DNA of 42,795 bases from a virus (lineage: Duplodnaviria; Heunggongvirae; Uroviricota; Caudoviricetes), in IMG/VR virus record IMGVR_UViG_2526164634_000009. The stretch is one strand, 5' to 3'. The notes under the pieces were generated by a model. That model saw only the letters and a list, made by a program, of their open reading frames with translations. It searched no databases and was not told the DNA's origin. The translations under genes and the position numbers were made by a program. Shown piece by piece: positions 10,009 to 20,175 of this stretch; position 1 is the first letter of the stretch, and each line of letters opens with the position of its first letter.

Positions 10009-12081
10009 TTACCAGCCCGTAATGTAGTTATCGCCCGCGTAAATATTCAGCCCCATACCGTCCTCGGTGACGCGGGAACTGGTCAGACGTAACCCCTCGC
10101 CAAGTTCGACGCGCAGCGAGGCTTCCGCATTGACTTTTTGTTCCTGCGGTTCCTTATCCGTGGCCGTCCATTTCTGATACAGGTCGGTTACAAAACCGCC
10201 CAGATACTCCCCGGCGACACTGCCCAGCGTGGCACCGGCAACCGTACCCAGCGGTCCGGCAAGGCTGCCAACGGCACCGCCGAGCCATGCACCGGCTGTA
10301 CTGCCAATTGCGCCTGCTTTTTCATGGGTTGACGCCTGCTCATCCATCAGGACGGGGGCAAGCTGGAGTGCCCCCATTACCGGGCCACCCAGACGTGACA
10401 ACGCACGACCGGCACCTTTCCCCATCCAGCCCAGCGCCCCGGCACCTTTTGTCACAACCCGACCGATCGCACTGCCTGCAAGTTTGTTTCCGATACCGGA
10501 AAACCACCCGCCAGCGGCACGCCCGGCATCAGCCAGCTTTCCGACCGTTCCCGTAACCAGTTGCCCGGCAGCACTGCCTGCAAGCCTGCTCAGAAGACCG
10601 GATTTACCGGGTAAAGGTAATGGTGCAGGCCGTGCCGTTACCGGTACGCCGGGTGGGGGTAATGCCAGTACAGGGCGTGGTGCAGGTAATGCCAGCGGCT
10701 GTGGCCCGGACAGCAATAACGGCTGGCGGGGTAACAGCGGGGCCATTCTTCCGCCGCTCCGTACGCGACGACCGCCGCCACTCCCGTAGCCACCAAATCC
10801 ACGGGGCCAGTTGATGACAAACACACGCTGAATGCCGATACCCTGCAACAGCGTCTCAGACGTCATGGCATCCGGGACCGGCAGCCCTGCCTGCCCACGT
10901 TTGCGGTTTCGCATCCAGCGCCACATACGACGCCCGGTTTTAAACGGATAACTGGCAACCTGCCATGAGGGTTTTGCCACGGCCCAGCCTGCTCTCAGGG
11001 CTTTATTGGCAAGCCAGACAGACACCAGAACAGCAGCCAGTTTTTTCAGGCTGACAATATTCTGGTCAACCCATGCCAGCGCATCTTTACCCGGTTTCAG
11101 CCAGCGCCATAACTCCTGCGCCGCGATTTTTACCGTTCTGAACGTGGTCAGAAATTTCTGACCAATGTTTTCTGCCAGTGCGTCAAGTTCCCCGGATTTA
11201 TCCGCCATGTCGTGCCAGTTAAGCACCCGGCGCATCTCGTTCTTGATTTCTTCAAAGGGGCCGCTGTTTGCCACCTTTATGCGAAATTCAAGCAGGTTGG
11301 CTTCCATCTGGGCGAACATCCCGTCCCAGGAGTTCATCGCACTGGCCTGTGCACCTTTTGACTGTTCTGACAGCGTTCTGAATACCGTCAGAATGGATTT
11401 CAGGCCCAGCTTGCCCTTTGTACCCAGATCACGGATTTTTTTAACGTCCGTTCCCGTTGCATCCGCCAGCGCCTGATAAACGTTGATACCGTAACCGGTC
11501 AGCAGGTTGGCATCCGCCGCTGTGATTTGCTGGCGGGCAAACATCTGTTTCAGTTGCAGTGAGGCACCCTGGGCAGTGGGTAAATCCCAGCCGTGCATGG
11601 CCCCCTGATCCTGCAACATGGTGATGAACTGTTTCGTCTGTTCATCCGTCATGCCGAAGCCTTTCGACGAACGGATCTCATCCAGAACACCACTCAGCCC
11701 CCACGTGGTGTCCTTCGCGTTCTGCTTTGCCCAGGCCATCATGGCCTGCGCTCTGACCTTATCGCCGTGATACAGCGAGTTCATGGCGATGATCTGCTGC
11801 TCACGCTGGGCGGCTGCACCAATAAACAGTTTATTGGCGGTGTAACCCACGCCAGCGATACCCAGCGCCCCGGCTGACAGCATTCGGAATGTACGGGTTG
11901 ACAGTGAACCCATTCTGTCAATGGCACCAGAAACGCGCACAACCTCCATACGCAGGGCACGAAGGGAACTTTGCCCGCTACGGGACAGGGCGTTTATCTG
12001 GTTCGAATACTGGCGGGAACGCCGGGAAAGATTGCCATTAAGATCAATAATGACAGACGCCTTTAAGCGTTTCCCGGTCAT
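10009..12081 (-). CDS. Tail tape measure protein
   Basis: 690 aa, alpha-helical with Gly/Ala/Pro-rich segment, between tube/chaperone and N. Confidence 0.8.
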   Translation of the reverse strand: MTGKRLKASVIIDLNGNLSRRSRQYSNQINALSRSGQSSLRALRMEVVRVSGAIDRMGSLSTRTFRMLSAGALGIAGVGYTANKLFIGAAAQREQQIIAMNSLYHGDKVRAQAMMAWAKQNAKDTTWGLSGVLDEIRSSKGFGMTDEQTKQFITMLQDQGAMHGWDLPTAQGASLQLKQMFARQQITAADANLLTGYGINVYQALADATGTDVKKIRDLGTKGKLGLKSILTVFRTLSEQSKGAQASAMNSWDGMFAQMEANLLEFRIKVANSGPFEEIKNEMRRVLNWHDMADKSGELDALAENIGQKFLTTFRTVKIAAQELWRWLKPGKDALAWVDQNIVSLKKLAAVLVSVWLANKALRAGWAVAKPSWQVASYPFKTGRRMWRWMRNRKRGQAGLPVPDAMTSETLLQGIGIQRVFVINWPRGFGGYGSGGGRRVRSGGRMAPLLPRQPLLLSGPQPLALPAPRPVLALPPPGVPVTARPAPLPLPGKSGLLSRLAGSAAGQLVTGTVGKLADAGRAAGGWFSGIGNKLAGSAIGRVVTKGAGALGWMGKGAGRALSRLGGPVMGALQLAPVLMDEQASTHEKAGAIGSTAGAWLGGAVGSLAGPLGTVAGATLGSVAGEYLGGFVTDLYQKWTATDKEPQEQKVNAEASLRVELGEGLRLTSSRVTEDGMGLNIYAGDNYITGW

Positions 12082-12225
12082 AGAGATTTCCTGATTTAAC
12101 GGTGATATTGAGAGAGGGTTTTAGCCTGCTGGCAGTGCCGGAAAAAGCGGGACAGCGGGAGAGACAAGGCCCATTCCGGGCCACTTTTCAGAATAACGCC
12201 AATCGCTGTCGCCGCTTTCTCAATA

Positions 12226-12660
12226 TCATTCCGGCACCGCAGCCACTCGCCCCCGTTCTTGCGTCAGCGATGCCGCCACAGCCATGTCGTACATTTCTGT
12301 GGCCAGCGACAGACGCTGGAAGTCATCGACAGACAGCTTACGAATCAGCGCCATCGACAACGGGCCTTTGATGCAGCCCACGCTGGCAATCTGTCGGCGC
12401 AGCATTTCCAGTCCCATCCGGGACGGGGAACTGACCAGCACCGGACCTTCCTTGCTCATTACCAGCTTTTCAGCAGCCGCCTGTGCATCAATCATATCGC
12501 CTGCGGTCAGTTCACGCAGCGTCACGTCATACTGCATTTCAGTCTCGTCACCGGTGCCGAACGGCAGGCCGTCTTTCAGTTTCAGCACGCCGGACTGAAT
12601 TTCTGCCACAATGCTGTCATGCAGTTCCTGTGCTTCAGGACCTAAATTCATTTCGTCCAT
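12226..12660 (-). CDS. Tail assembly chaperone-like protein (Mu gp41-like)
   Basis: 144-aa acidic ORF between tube and tape measure genes. Confidence 0.5.
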   Translation of the reverse strand: MDEMNLGPEAQELHDSIVAEIQSGVLKLKDGLPFGTGDETEMQYDVTLRELTAGDMIDAQAAAEKLVMSKEGPVLVSSPSRMGLEMLRRQIASVGCIKGPLSMALIRKLSVDDFQRLSLATEMYDMAVAASLTQERGRVAAVPE

Positions 12661-12669
12661 TGTTTCCCC

Positions 12670-13026
12670 TTATGCAATGCGTTTGCTTTGTTTTGCCATC
12701 AGTACCAGCGAAATTTCGCCGCCGTCGTTTTTCGGTTCATCTGCCTGCCAGGCATTCGCCATCATCCAGGTTTCACCGGTGTCTGCCTGAAACTCTGCCG
12801 TGATGTTTTCCCAGCCGATGATTTCATCCAGACCGATATCACCACCGCCCGGAATTTTGCATTCCAGCTTTGCGGCACGTGGTTTACCTTTCCAGCCATA
12901 AACCCGCGAGCCGGTCACTTCTTCACGGGTGATGCCGGAAGGCGTGAAGGAGGCCCCTTCCATCGTTTCAAGCTCCATGCCATTGACACGGATGAACGCC
13001 ACCCCCTGACGCTGATTTCCAGCCAT
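12670..13026 (-). CDS. M: Tail tube protein (Mu M-like)
   Basis: 118 aa, directly downstream of sheath gene. Confidence 0.75.
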   Translation of the reverse strand: MAGNQRQGVAFIRVNGMELETMEGASFTPSGITREEVTGSRVYGWKGKPRAAKLECKIPGGGDIGLDEIIGWENITAEFQADTGETWMMANAWQADEPKNDGGEISLVLMAKQSKRIA

Positions 13027-13035
13027 AAATGCTCC

Positions 13036-14523
13036 TTACAGAATGAACTGAACTTGTGCCGCGAAAATGCGGAACTGGTTAATCAGATTCGGGCCGCACA
13101 GCACATCAAGGCGGTCTTTGTCGTCCTTGTTACGTGCCACATACAGCTCCTCTTTGAACGTGTCGAAATCCTCGACCAGTCCGGCGTTTTCCCATTCTTC
13201 AAACAGTGCCAGCAGCTCCGTTTTAATCACGGATGGCGTCACCACGGCCTGACCGGTGGCAAAGCGGGTGCCATCACTTGCCAGCTTGTAGTTCGGGAAT
13301 TTCTGCGTGATGCGGGTTCGCAGCGAATAACGCAGATAACTCAGCGTGGCGATGGTATTCACGTTCAGATAAGACGGATCGCTGTCACCGTACTTGTTTG
13401 TGCGGTACATCGTGATCATGCGTTCAATCTGCATTTCACCACCATCATTCACGTTAAACGTGGAGATGCCGTCAAACAGCAGCGCATTACGTTCTGACCA
13501 GGTGAAACGATCCCCCACCGCAGGCGGCATTCTTCCGGGCAACGTCAGCGTCTGGAGTGGACGCGCCGGGTCGATGGAAAGCGCCTGGCTGGCAACGGCA
13601 CACAGGGTGGCGGCGTACAGATATGACGGTTCCGGTGCACCGGCAATCCCCATACAGGAAATCAGATGGTCATTACGGCTGACACCAAACGTGGAAATAT
13701 CCCCATACGTGCCGGACAGCACTGTCACGGCAAAGCCATCAGCCTGATTGACTGGTCCCCAGCGTTCCTGCAATTCAGTGCGTAACAGATTCAGGTTCGG
13801 TTCATCGGTATAGGGCATCACAATATATTTGTATTGCAGATCGCCCATTCCCGCGATACTTGCGCTGATATCCGGGTTGCCATTTTTCCCGGAGGCGGCT
13901 TTGAATGCCGTGATAATCCCGTAAGGGGTCGTTTCACCCGCGTAATAGTTCCAGCGCACGTCCACGGCAGATAATGCACCCGTAAATTTTGCACTCAGAA
14001 CCACATCTGCATGGGTGTCATCATCCCCGCTGTCTGCGCGAACTTCTGCCGTCACCGGTAAATCAGGCTGGCCTTTGATTCGGGCAACCAGCAGGTCAGC
14101 CAGCGCCGCTCCCGTTGCACCTGCTGCGACAGATACCGCCAGTCGCTGACCGGCAATGTAAGTCACAAGCGAGCCGTTTTCGCCTGCCGTTCCTGACAGT
14201 GAAATTTCACCGACAGCAGCATTACCGGTGCCATTCCCCTGCGGGATACACCACAGCTCCGCCACGCGGTTAGCGTTCAGGAATGCATCTGCCATCAGTG
14301 CCAGCATGGAACCCTGACCAAACGCCGCACTGGCCTGTGAGCCGGAACGGATACGGACAGGCACGTTTGGTGCCGCACTGGCTTTACTTCCGCTTTGCCC
14401 GAACATCAGCACGCGCTGACGGGGTGCCGGTGTTCCGCTGACGGCATTACTGTTATCAAATTCGATATACGTCAGAGGAACGCGAACATCTGACGGGATC
14501 GCGTTAAATGAAATATCGCTCAT
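13036..14523 (-). CDS. L: Contractile tail sheath protein (Mu L-like)
   Basis: 495 aa, size and position as Mu L. Confidence 0.85.
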
Positions 14524-14726
14524 TTCGATTTACTCCGTTTTTTCGGCACAGCGACGGTATCATCCGCCGTGTTTTCGGTGCTCCCGACTTCAACCACATC
14601 ACCGGCTGCAAGGCGACGTATCCAGAAACTGTTACGGGGCTTTTCTTCTCCCTCAGACGCCAGTAATTTCATCGTGAGCGGGTCACGGATGGCTTTTCCC
14701 GCTGCGGGTTTAATTTTCAGCATCAT
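14520..14726 (-). CDS. Small conserved protein (Mu gp38-like)
   Basis: 68-aa ORF overlapping sheath start by 4 nt. Confidence 0.5.
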
Positions 14727-15258
14727 GATCCTTTTCCTGATTCACATTGATATGTGCGGCAAATTCCGGGGTTCCGTCCGGATATTCCCAGGTCTGCCAG
14801 TGACGCTCATAATCATCCAGCGAGTCCGTATCCACCACGGACGGTAACGGGGTAGTGCCACTGAACAGAACACCGTAAAGCACCACACCGGCATCGATAC
14901 GGTTGTCGTTACAAAGATTTCTGACCTGCGTCAGTCTCATCCCGGTGGTCGGGCCAAACGTCTGACCGTTAACACCGGCAATCAGTCGCTCCACAATCTG
15001 ATAAATACCGGGCCGGTTTACCTGTTCCCCGTTCAGCAACTCCGCCACGACAAAAAATGCCCAGCGACTTTCAACTTCCCGACGCGTACGCCCCTCACCA
15101 CAGCCCATCCATGCCAGAAATACCGATGGCGGGGCCAGAAAGAGACGGTGCACATCCTCGTTAGTCCATGTGCCGGTAAGGGGTTCCACCTGCCGCAGGG
15201 TTGCCCCAAACAACTCACGAACGCGCGCCAGCAGTGCGGCTTCGGTTTCTTCCAGCAT
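14710..15258 (-). CDS. Tail completion / neck protein (Mu gp37-like)
   Basis: 182-aa ORF in head-tail joining block. Confidence 0.5.
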   Translation of the reverse strand: MLEETEAALLARVRELFGATLRQVEPLTGTWTNEDVHRLFLAPPSVFLAWMGCGEGRTRREVESRWAFFVVAELLNGEQVNRPGIYQIVERLIAGVNGQTFGPTTGMRLTQVRNLCNDNRIDAGVVLYGVLFSGTTPLPSVVDTDSLDDYERHWQTWEYPDGTPEFAAHINVNQEKDHDAEN

Positions 15259-15683
15259 CAGATAAACCCCTTCTGTTTTCGTGAGAAGACCGGCGCGTCA
15301 GACTGCACCTGCACAAGGTTTTCACCATCCGGCGAGGCTGCCGTCCTGCTTTCCACGCCGGGATCTGTTTTGCCATCGCGCACCTGTTCCAGCCAGCGCA
15401 CCGTGTCCCTGTAAGTTGCGATGAGCTGCTCGGTGGGTTGTGATTCATTCAGATAAAACCAGGCCACCACGCAACACTGCCGTTTCAGCAGTGAGGGGAC
15501 GACGGTAAGCGGCAGAACAAAGCGCGCGGCGAGATAGCCATCAATAAAGGCCGAAGCATCTGCCAGTGCCTGTTCTGCCACGGCATCATCCGGCTGCCCG
15601 TCCGCTGTTTTAGGGCGGGTGAGAATATCCAGCCGCGTACGTGTATAGCGGGCGCACAGGTCATTTACCGTCGCGTAATTCAT
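15258..15683 (-). CDS. Head-tail connector protein (Mu gp36-like)
   Basis: 141-aa ORF, overlapping starts/stops with neighbours. Confidence 0.5.
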   Translation of the reverse strand: MNYATVNDLCARYTRTRLDILTRPKTADGQPDDAVAEQALADASAFIDGYLAARFVLPLTVVPSLLKRQCCVVAWFYLNESQPTEQLIATYRDTVRWLEQVRDGKTDPGVESRTAASPDGENLVQVQSDAPVFSRKQKGFI

Positions 15684-16090
15684 GCATCCACCTCAGCCAG
15701 CGCCGCTTTGATTTGCGCACCGCTCACCGGTTCCCCCAGCGCCGCACTGACGGCTTTCACTTTGGGTTCCCCCCCTGCGGTAAAGTGTTCCGGGTTTGCC
15801 TTATCCAGACCGGCAACGGTCGCACGGATACGGGTATTCAGATCGCCCACACCCAGAACGTCCAGCCCCCCAGCCTCAGCGAGCGTTTCTGCTGACGATG
15901 CAGATACCACAGACAGCACGCTGTCGGCACGAATGATCGCCAGTTGTTCTTCGGTGACTTCCACGGTGTTTTCGCCACGCGTAAAGGCGATTCCGGCGCG
16001 GCGGTAGACCGGACGAAGGCATTTAATAATCGCCGTGCAAGTGATGCGAGAAGTGTCCAGCCGTTGTGAATTAAGCGAAGTGCCTGACAT
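15680..16090 (-). CDS. Hypothetical head protein (Mu gp35 position)
   Basis: 136-aa ORF immediately after major capsid gene and hairpin. Confidence 0.45.
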   Translation of the reverse strand: MSGTSLNSQRLDTSRITCTAIIKCLRPVYRRAGIAFTRGENTVEVTEEQLAIIRADSVLSVVSASSAETLAEAGGLDVLGVGDLNTRIRATVAGLDKANPEHFTAGGEPKVKAVSAALGEPVSGAQIKAALAEVDA

Positions 16091-16124
16091 AACACATGCT
16101 CCTCCTTTTCCTTTAAATCAGGTT

Positions 16125-16148
16125 AAAAGGCGGTCTGAACCGCCTTTT
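16125..16148. terminator. Stem-loop after major capsid gene (AAAAGGCGG-TCTGAA-CCGCCTTTT), probable partial terminator
   Basis: Perfect 9-bp GC-rich stem with A-run before and T-run after, symmetric on both strands. Confidence 0.5.
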
Positions 16149-16156
16149 AATGACGG

Positions 16157-17074
16157 TTACAGGTAGTCAGCGACAACCAGTTGCAGCTTGCCCTTCATCT
16201 CGTTGGAGACGGTGGTATTGCCATCCGCGAACAGTTCACGGTTAAGCAGTTGCTCTGCGGCTTTTTCCAGCCCGACCGGTACAACGATATGCGTCGGCTT
16301 CAGGCCCAGCTTCTTACCGCCATCACCTTCAAAAGATCGCATCAGTTGCCAGCCCTTCCAGAGGTTATCCAGCGTCAGATCGCCTTTTACCGCGACAGCC
16401 ATCTGCCAGAAGCCGTAACCGGCAGCACGGCGGGCGCTGGCACCAAACAGGAACTCGTTATCCATAAAAACGTGGTCGTCATCGATACGGGTACGTGCGA
16501 CCAGCTCCGGTTTGCGGCGCTCCTGGAAAATCAGCGGTTTGACTGCGCGGGAGCAGTCCAGCAGATAGAACGGCAGACCGCTGAAGCTGTCCTGCTCAAC
16601 GATGTTGGAGGTATTAACCGCGCTGCCCGTGCCGTCCACATTCGGATATACCGGATGCTCCTTGTCGAAGAAGTTCTGACCGTCATAGCACGGCTGGGTA
16701 AAGCCATCTTTCAGAAGTTTAAAAATCAGCTCATCCGGCTGAACTGCCGCAGAACGCCCCATCTCCTGAAAAATCGGCGCATAAATACCCAGATTGTCAT
16801 CCTCGAAGTCATCACGGGAAATACCCACGGTGCCTTCAAACGTTTTATTGGCGATGGAGTAGCCATGCGCTTCCATTTGCTGAATGGTTCGCTTACCCAC
16901 CCATTCTTTCAGGGTCGGGAATTTACCCAGCCAGCCATAGGTATTACTGCGGGTGGAAGAGTTCACCACCATTGCAATTTTGCTGTACTGCGACGGGGCG
17001 TCTTCAAGACCGCCCTGAAAATCCTTACGCCAGGAGGTCATCAGGGCTTTAATGGATGCCGGGGTGACAATCAT
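16157..17074 (-). CDS. T: Major capsid protein (Mu T-like)
   Basis: 305 aa, follows protease/scaffold gene. Confidence 0.85.
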   Translation of the reverse strand: MIVTPASIKALMTSWRKDFQGGLEDAPSQYSKIAMVVNSSTRSNTYGWLGKFPTLKEWVGKRTIQQMEAHGYSIANKTFEGTVGISRDDFEDDNLGIYAPIFQEMGRSAAVQPDELIFKLLKDGFTQPCYDGQNFFDKEHPVYPNVDGTGSAVNTSNIVEQDSFSGLPFYLLDCSRAVKPLIFQERRKPELVARTRIDDDHVFMDNEFLFGASARRAAGYGFWQMAVAVKGDLTLDNLWKGWQLMRSFEGDGGKKLGLKPTHIVVPVGLEKAAEQLLNRELFADGNTTVSNEMKGKLQLVVADYL

Positions 17075-18156
17075 TTTTCTTGTTCCTGTTTCATTTTCAG
17101 ATACTCAGCCTCAGTAATGCCGAGCGCCTTCACTGCTGCCTGTTCATCAGCAGACAGCACCGCCACCGCCGGTTTTTCCTGCGACGGGATTTTCGCTGTG
17201 GTGGTCTGCATGGCAGATAACGCAGCGATGGGCTGTTTTTTCTCAAGCTGTGCCGACAGTGCCGCCACGCCAATCTGACCGCCAAGCTGTTCCAGGTAGG
17301 TACGTTCGCTTTTGAAAATGCGGCCTTCCTGTTCCGCCTTGTCCAGAACGGCGCTCAGGCTGGCTGTGGCGCTTTGTGCAGTCGCCTGTGCCAGTTCATC
17401 ACGCAGGGCGTTGTAGCTTTCCACAGGGACGTATTTCGTCAGGTCAACGGCGGCTTTCTGTGCCTTTTCCAGTTCGGCGGATAACGACGCCACTTTTCCG
17501 GCATCTGTTTCGAGCGCATCAAGCGCACTCAGGGCCGCGCTGGCCTGTTCATCGGTGATGTCTGCATTTTCGGGGACAGTCACCCCAAGACGCGCAAGCA
17601 GCTTGCGCAGCGTTTCATTCATGGGTTTGTTCTCCTGTTGAAGGATGTCGGGAAGGTCTGCCGCCAGTGCGGTCAGCTTTTTCATGCCGGTGGCACCGGG
17701 GTCATTGGTCAGCGCAGCAAGGCGGATTTGCAGCACCGCACCGGTGGCGGTGTCATACGGAAAAACCGCAGAGAGATAACCAAATTCGCCGTCATCGATG
17801 CGCTGCTGGGCCGCCGCCGTCCAGCGTGGGTGGATAAATAACCCTTCACCTTCACGCCACTGCATTTCATCGGCGTTAAACCAGCCAGCCGCGACGAGTT
17901 GTTCCGGGGGTAATCCTTTGTCCTTACGTAGCTGGTTATGCTCGTAATCAATCAGCACGTCCTGGTTGAGCGCGCGAACGCCTTCAACCAGACGCCCGGC
18001 AATCTCACCGTCGATGAACCACCCCTGACCACCTGTCACATCAAACGGGCGACCATCACGGGCACTGAAATGACCGGCAGGCAATAGCTGGCACCAGCCG
18101 TCATCGTCAATGGACAGCGCATTCAGTGCGGCAATGCCAATCGCGTGTTTTTTCAT
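17071..18156 (-). CDS. I: Head protease / scaffold protein (Mu I-like)
   Basis: 361 aa, Ala/Glu-rich coiled-coil C-terminal half typical of scaffold. Confidence 0.8.
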   Translation of the reverse strand: MKKHAIGIAALNALSIDDDGWCQLLPAGHFSARDGRPFDVTGGQGWFIDGEIAGRLVEGVRALNQDVLIDYEHNQLRKDKGLPPEQLVAAGWFNADEMQWREGEGLFIHPRWTAAAQQRIDDGEFGYLSAVFPYDTATGAVLQIRLAALTNDPGATGMKKLTALAADLPDILQQENKPMNETLRKLLARLGVTVPENADITDEQASAALSALDALETDAGKVASLSAELEKAQKAAVDLTKYVPVESYNALRDELAQATAQSATASLSAVLDKAEQEGRIFKSERTYLEQLGGQIGVAALSAQLEKKQPIAALSAMQTTTAKIPSQEKPAVAVLSADEQAAVKALGITEAEYLKMKQEQEK

Positions 18157-18198
18157 GTCCTGCTGCTCATCATGGTTTGTGAGCAGTCAGTTTGCGGG

Positions 18199-18208
18199 AG
18201 GTGCGGGA
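18199..18208 (-). promoter_or_regulatory. Candidate late-promoter element TCCCGCACCT (minus-strand reading) upstream of gene I
   Basis: Exact 10-mer shared with region upstream of lys, at similar distance (about 45-55 nt) from the start codon. Confidence 0.4.
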
Positions 18209-18352
18209 AAATCTGGGGTTATGCTATTTGAGTACTGGAGAAAGAAAGTGGAAGGAAGATAAAACGGGATTCATACACCGTTAAATACCGGTTTAAAAAT
18301 CCCGTGGCGCGTTTTAAAAAATCTGTGCGGCTGATTTCATGTCTGATTCCGT

Positions 18353-18823
18353 TTATTGCCTCAGAGCGGCGCTGACGCGTTTTCTGATGGCATCAAAAAT
18401 TTCCTGTTCCCCGGTCTTATCCAGCCCCATATAAGGACGCGCAGGAACGCCTGCCGGGCGGGGTGCCATATCGGGTGTACCGCCCCACTGATGGATGGCA
18501 GCATAAATTTTTGGCGAACCAATCAGGGCATAATCCTGTCCATAATCGGTGGTAATGCTGCGTGCCAGATCGCCATGCAGGGTAAGGATACTGCCCGGAA
18601 CAAAACCATGATCCTGACGCCATGCCTGCCACGAATCGCTCCACGCTTCCCAGCCTTTCCCTGTATCCGGGTCTGCCTGCCGTTCAAATGCCTGTTCCGT
18701 GGATGACAGCAGCGCCGCAGCCATCACACGGGGAATGGCGCGGTCACGTGTAACGGTTCCCAGTTCATCCAGTGCAAGCTGAATACGTCGCACATCCACG
18801 GCAACGTTCATATCAAGACTCAC
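18353..18823 (-). CDS. G: Virion morphogenesis protein (Mu G-like)
   Basis: 156 aa, between F and I. Confidence 0.7.
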   Translation of the reverse strand: MSLDMNVAVDVRRIQLALDELGTVTRDRAIPRVMAAALLSSTEQAFERQADPDTGKGWEAWSDSWQAWRQDHGFVPGSILTLHGDLARSITTDYGQDYALIGSPKIYAAIHQWGGTPDMAPRPAGVPARPYMGLDKTGEQEIFDAIRKRVSAALRQ

Positions 18824-20175
18824 TTATTCACCTCCACATGCCCCTCCAGTACGTCAATCATCCCGTCAGCAATCGCGGCTTCAAGCGACTGTGCAGATAC
18901 GCGGCTGATACTGACCAGCACATCCGCACGGTCATTCTGCCTGCCGACTGTCTGTGATGTTCTGACTACAATCCGGGCCATGCCGTCACGGGTTGCCACA
19001 ACATACAGCAACTGGTGGTTCTCCCTGTCCCACAATACTGCCTGTGGTTTTGCCATCAGCGACGGCAGACGCTGTAAATCTTCCGGTTTCAGGGCGGCAT
19101 CAGCAGTGGTCGCCAGACTTTTCCCGTTCATCACAAGCAGACGGGCTGGCATATTCCCGGTGCGCTGATGTACGGCTTCAGCTACCGATTCCGTCATAAA
19201 ACCCAGTGCCCGGATTTCATGAGCGGTCTGACGTGATCCTGCCAGGCGTTTAAGCCAGAGGGAAAAAGCAAGCTGACGCTCCCGGCTGTTATTCAGCGTC
19301 TGAACAACCTGCTCACGCAACTGCGCGTCGCGAATTTCCACCAGTTTTCGAATCAGTGCCTGATCCGTACCAAACGCCGCCGAACCCGGGTTATATGACC
19401 AGCCCACATCCGGCGTCATTTTTACCCGACCGTTGTCAAACGTGGTTGACGATGTGCGGAAAATCTCTCCGGTGCTTTCATCCATACCGGCGTCCACTTC
19501 GCGGGTATTCATGAATGACGCACCATAACTGACCTGTAGCCCCAGTTCTTTCATGCGGGCCGCAGACACCGCCCGGACGCGACAGCGGCAGTTCCAGCCA
19601 TTGGGCGGGTAATGCGTCTGCCAGAAAATGTCGTCATACCTGAAAACCATATTGTGCAGCCGCGCATGTTCCGGGCGTGTTCTGCCATCCATAACGGCAA
19701 CGTACTGCCAGTATGGATACAAATCTGCGGTATTCATCATCTGCGCATAACGTCCTGCCCCATACGCCGTACGGGTATTGACGTTATAAATGGTTGCCAG
19801 ACGACGCGGACTGCCCAGCTCGATTACCTTTGCGTTTCCCTCTGCATCCACGATGATTTGTTTTCCCCACCATCCGAGTTTTTGCAGCCGGGGGGCCAGT
19901 GTGCGGGTAAATTCCTCACGGGTGATGCCTTCACTGACAGCCCGCTCCACTTCCTCACGGATTGTGGTCAGGACATCCATCCGGGTGGCTTTGGCAACGG
20001 TAAAGGCGCGGGCGTGCGCGTCTGCCAGTTGTTCGTACCAGTTCCAGGTGATGTTGTAGCCTTTGGCGCGGAAATACGCGACAGCCTCCTTTGGCGGGAG
20101 GCGTGCGGCATACGCCAGATCAATGGTCTGCTGCGGCATCCAGACGCCCCCATATATCGGCAACAAAAATGGCAC
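18820..20175 (-). CDS. F: Head morphogenesis protein (Mu F-like); true start may be internal at 20139
   Basis: 451-aa ORF downstream of portal; first ATG overlaps portal 3' end by 56 nt. Confidence 0.75.
   Translation of the reverse strand: MPFLLPIYGGVWMPQQTIDLAYAARLPPKEAVAYFRAKGYNITWNWYEQLADAHARAFTVAKATRMDVLTTIREEVERAVSEGITREEFTRTLAPRLQKLGWWGKQIIVDAEGNAKVIELGSPRRLATIYNVNTRTAYGAGRYAQMMNTADLYPYWQYVAVMDGRTRPEHARLHNMVFRYDDIFWQTHYPPNGWNCRCRVRAVSAARMKELGLQVSYGASFMNTREVDAGMDESTGEIFRTSSTTFDNGRVKMTPDVGWSYNPGSAAFGTDQALIRKLVEIRDAQLREQVVQTLNNSRERQLAFSLWLKRLAGSRQTAHEIRALGFMTESVAEAVHQRTGNMPARLLVMNGKSLATTADAALKPEDLQRLPSLMAKPQAVLWDRENHQLLYVVATRDGMARIVVRTSQTVGRQNDRADVLVSISRVSAQSLEAAIADGMIDVLEGHVEVNK

Noticed and set aside
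10229-10789. Plus-strand Pro-rich 186-aa ORF
   Set aside because: Antisense image of the Pro/Ala/Gly-rich tape measure segment; no independent support.
12082-12260. Possible programmed frameshift extension of the tail chaperone into the 144-bp gap before the tape measure gene
   Set aside because: The +1 frame stays open for 49 codons but encodes an implausible W/C/R-rich tail, and no canonical slippery heptamer is evident at the overlap.
12688-13497. Plus-strand 269-aa ORF
   Set aside because: Antisense to tube and sheath genes; shadow ORF.
16181-17278. Plus-strand 365-aa ORF
   Set aside because: Antisense to major capsid and scaffold genes; shadow ORF.
18157-18352. Possible anti-CRISPR-type accessory locus between G and I, as in some Mu-like phages of other hosts
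   Set aside because: The 196-bp gap has only 8- and 16-codon frames; it more likely holds the late promoter for I.
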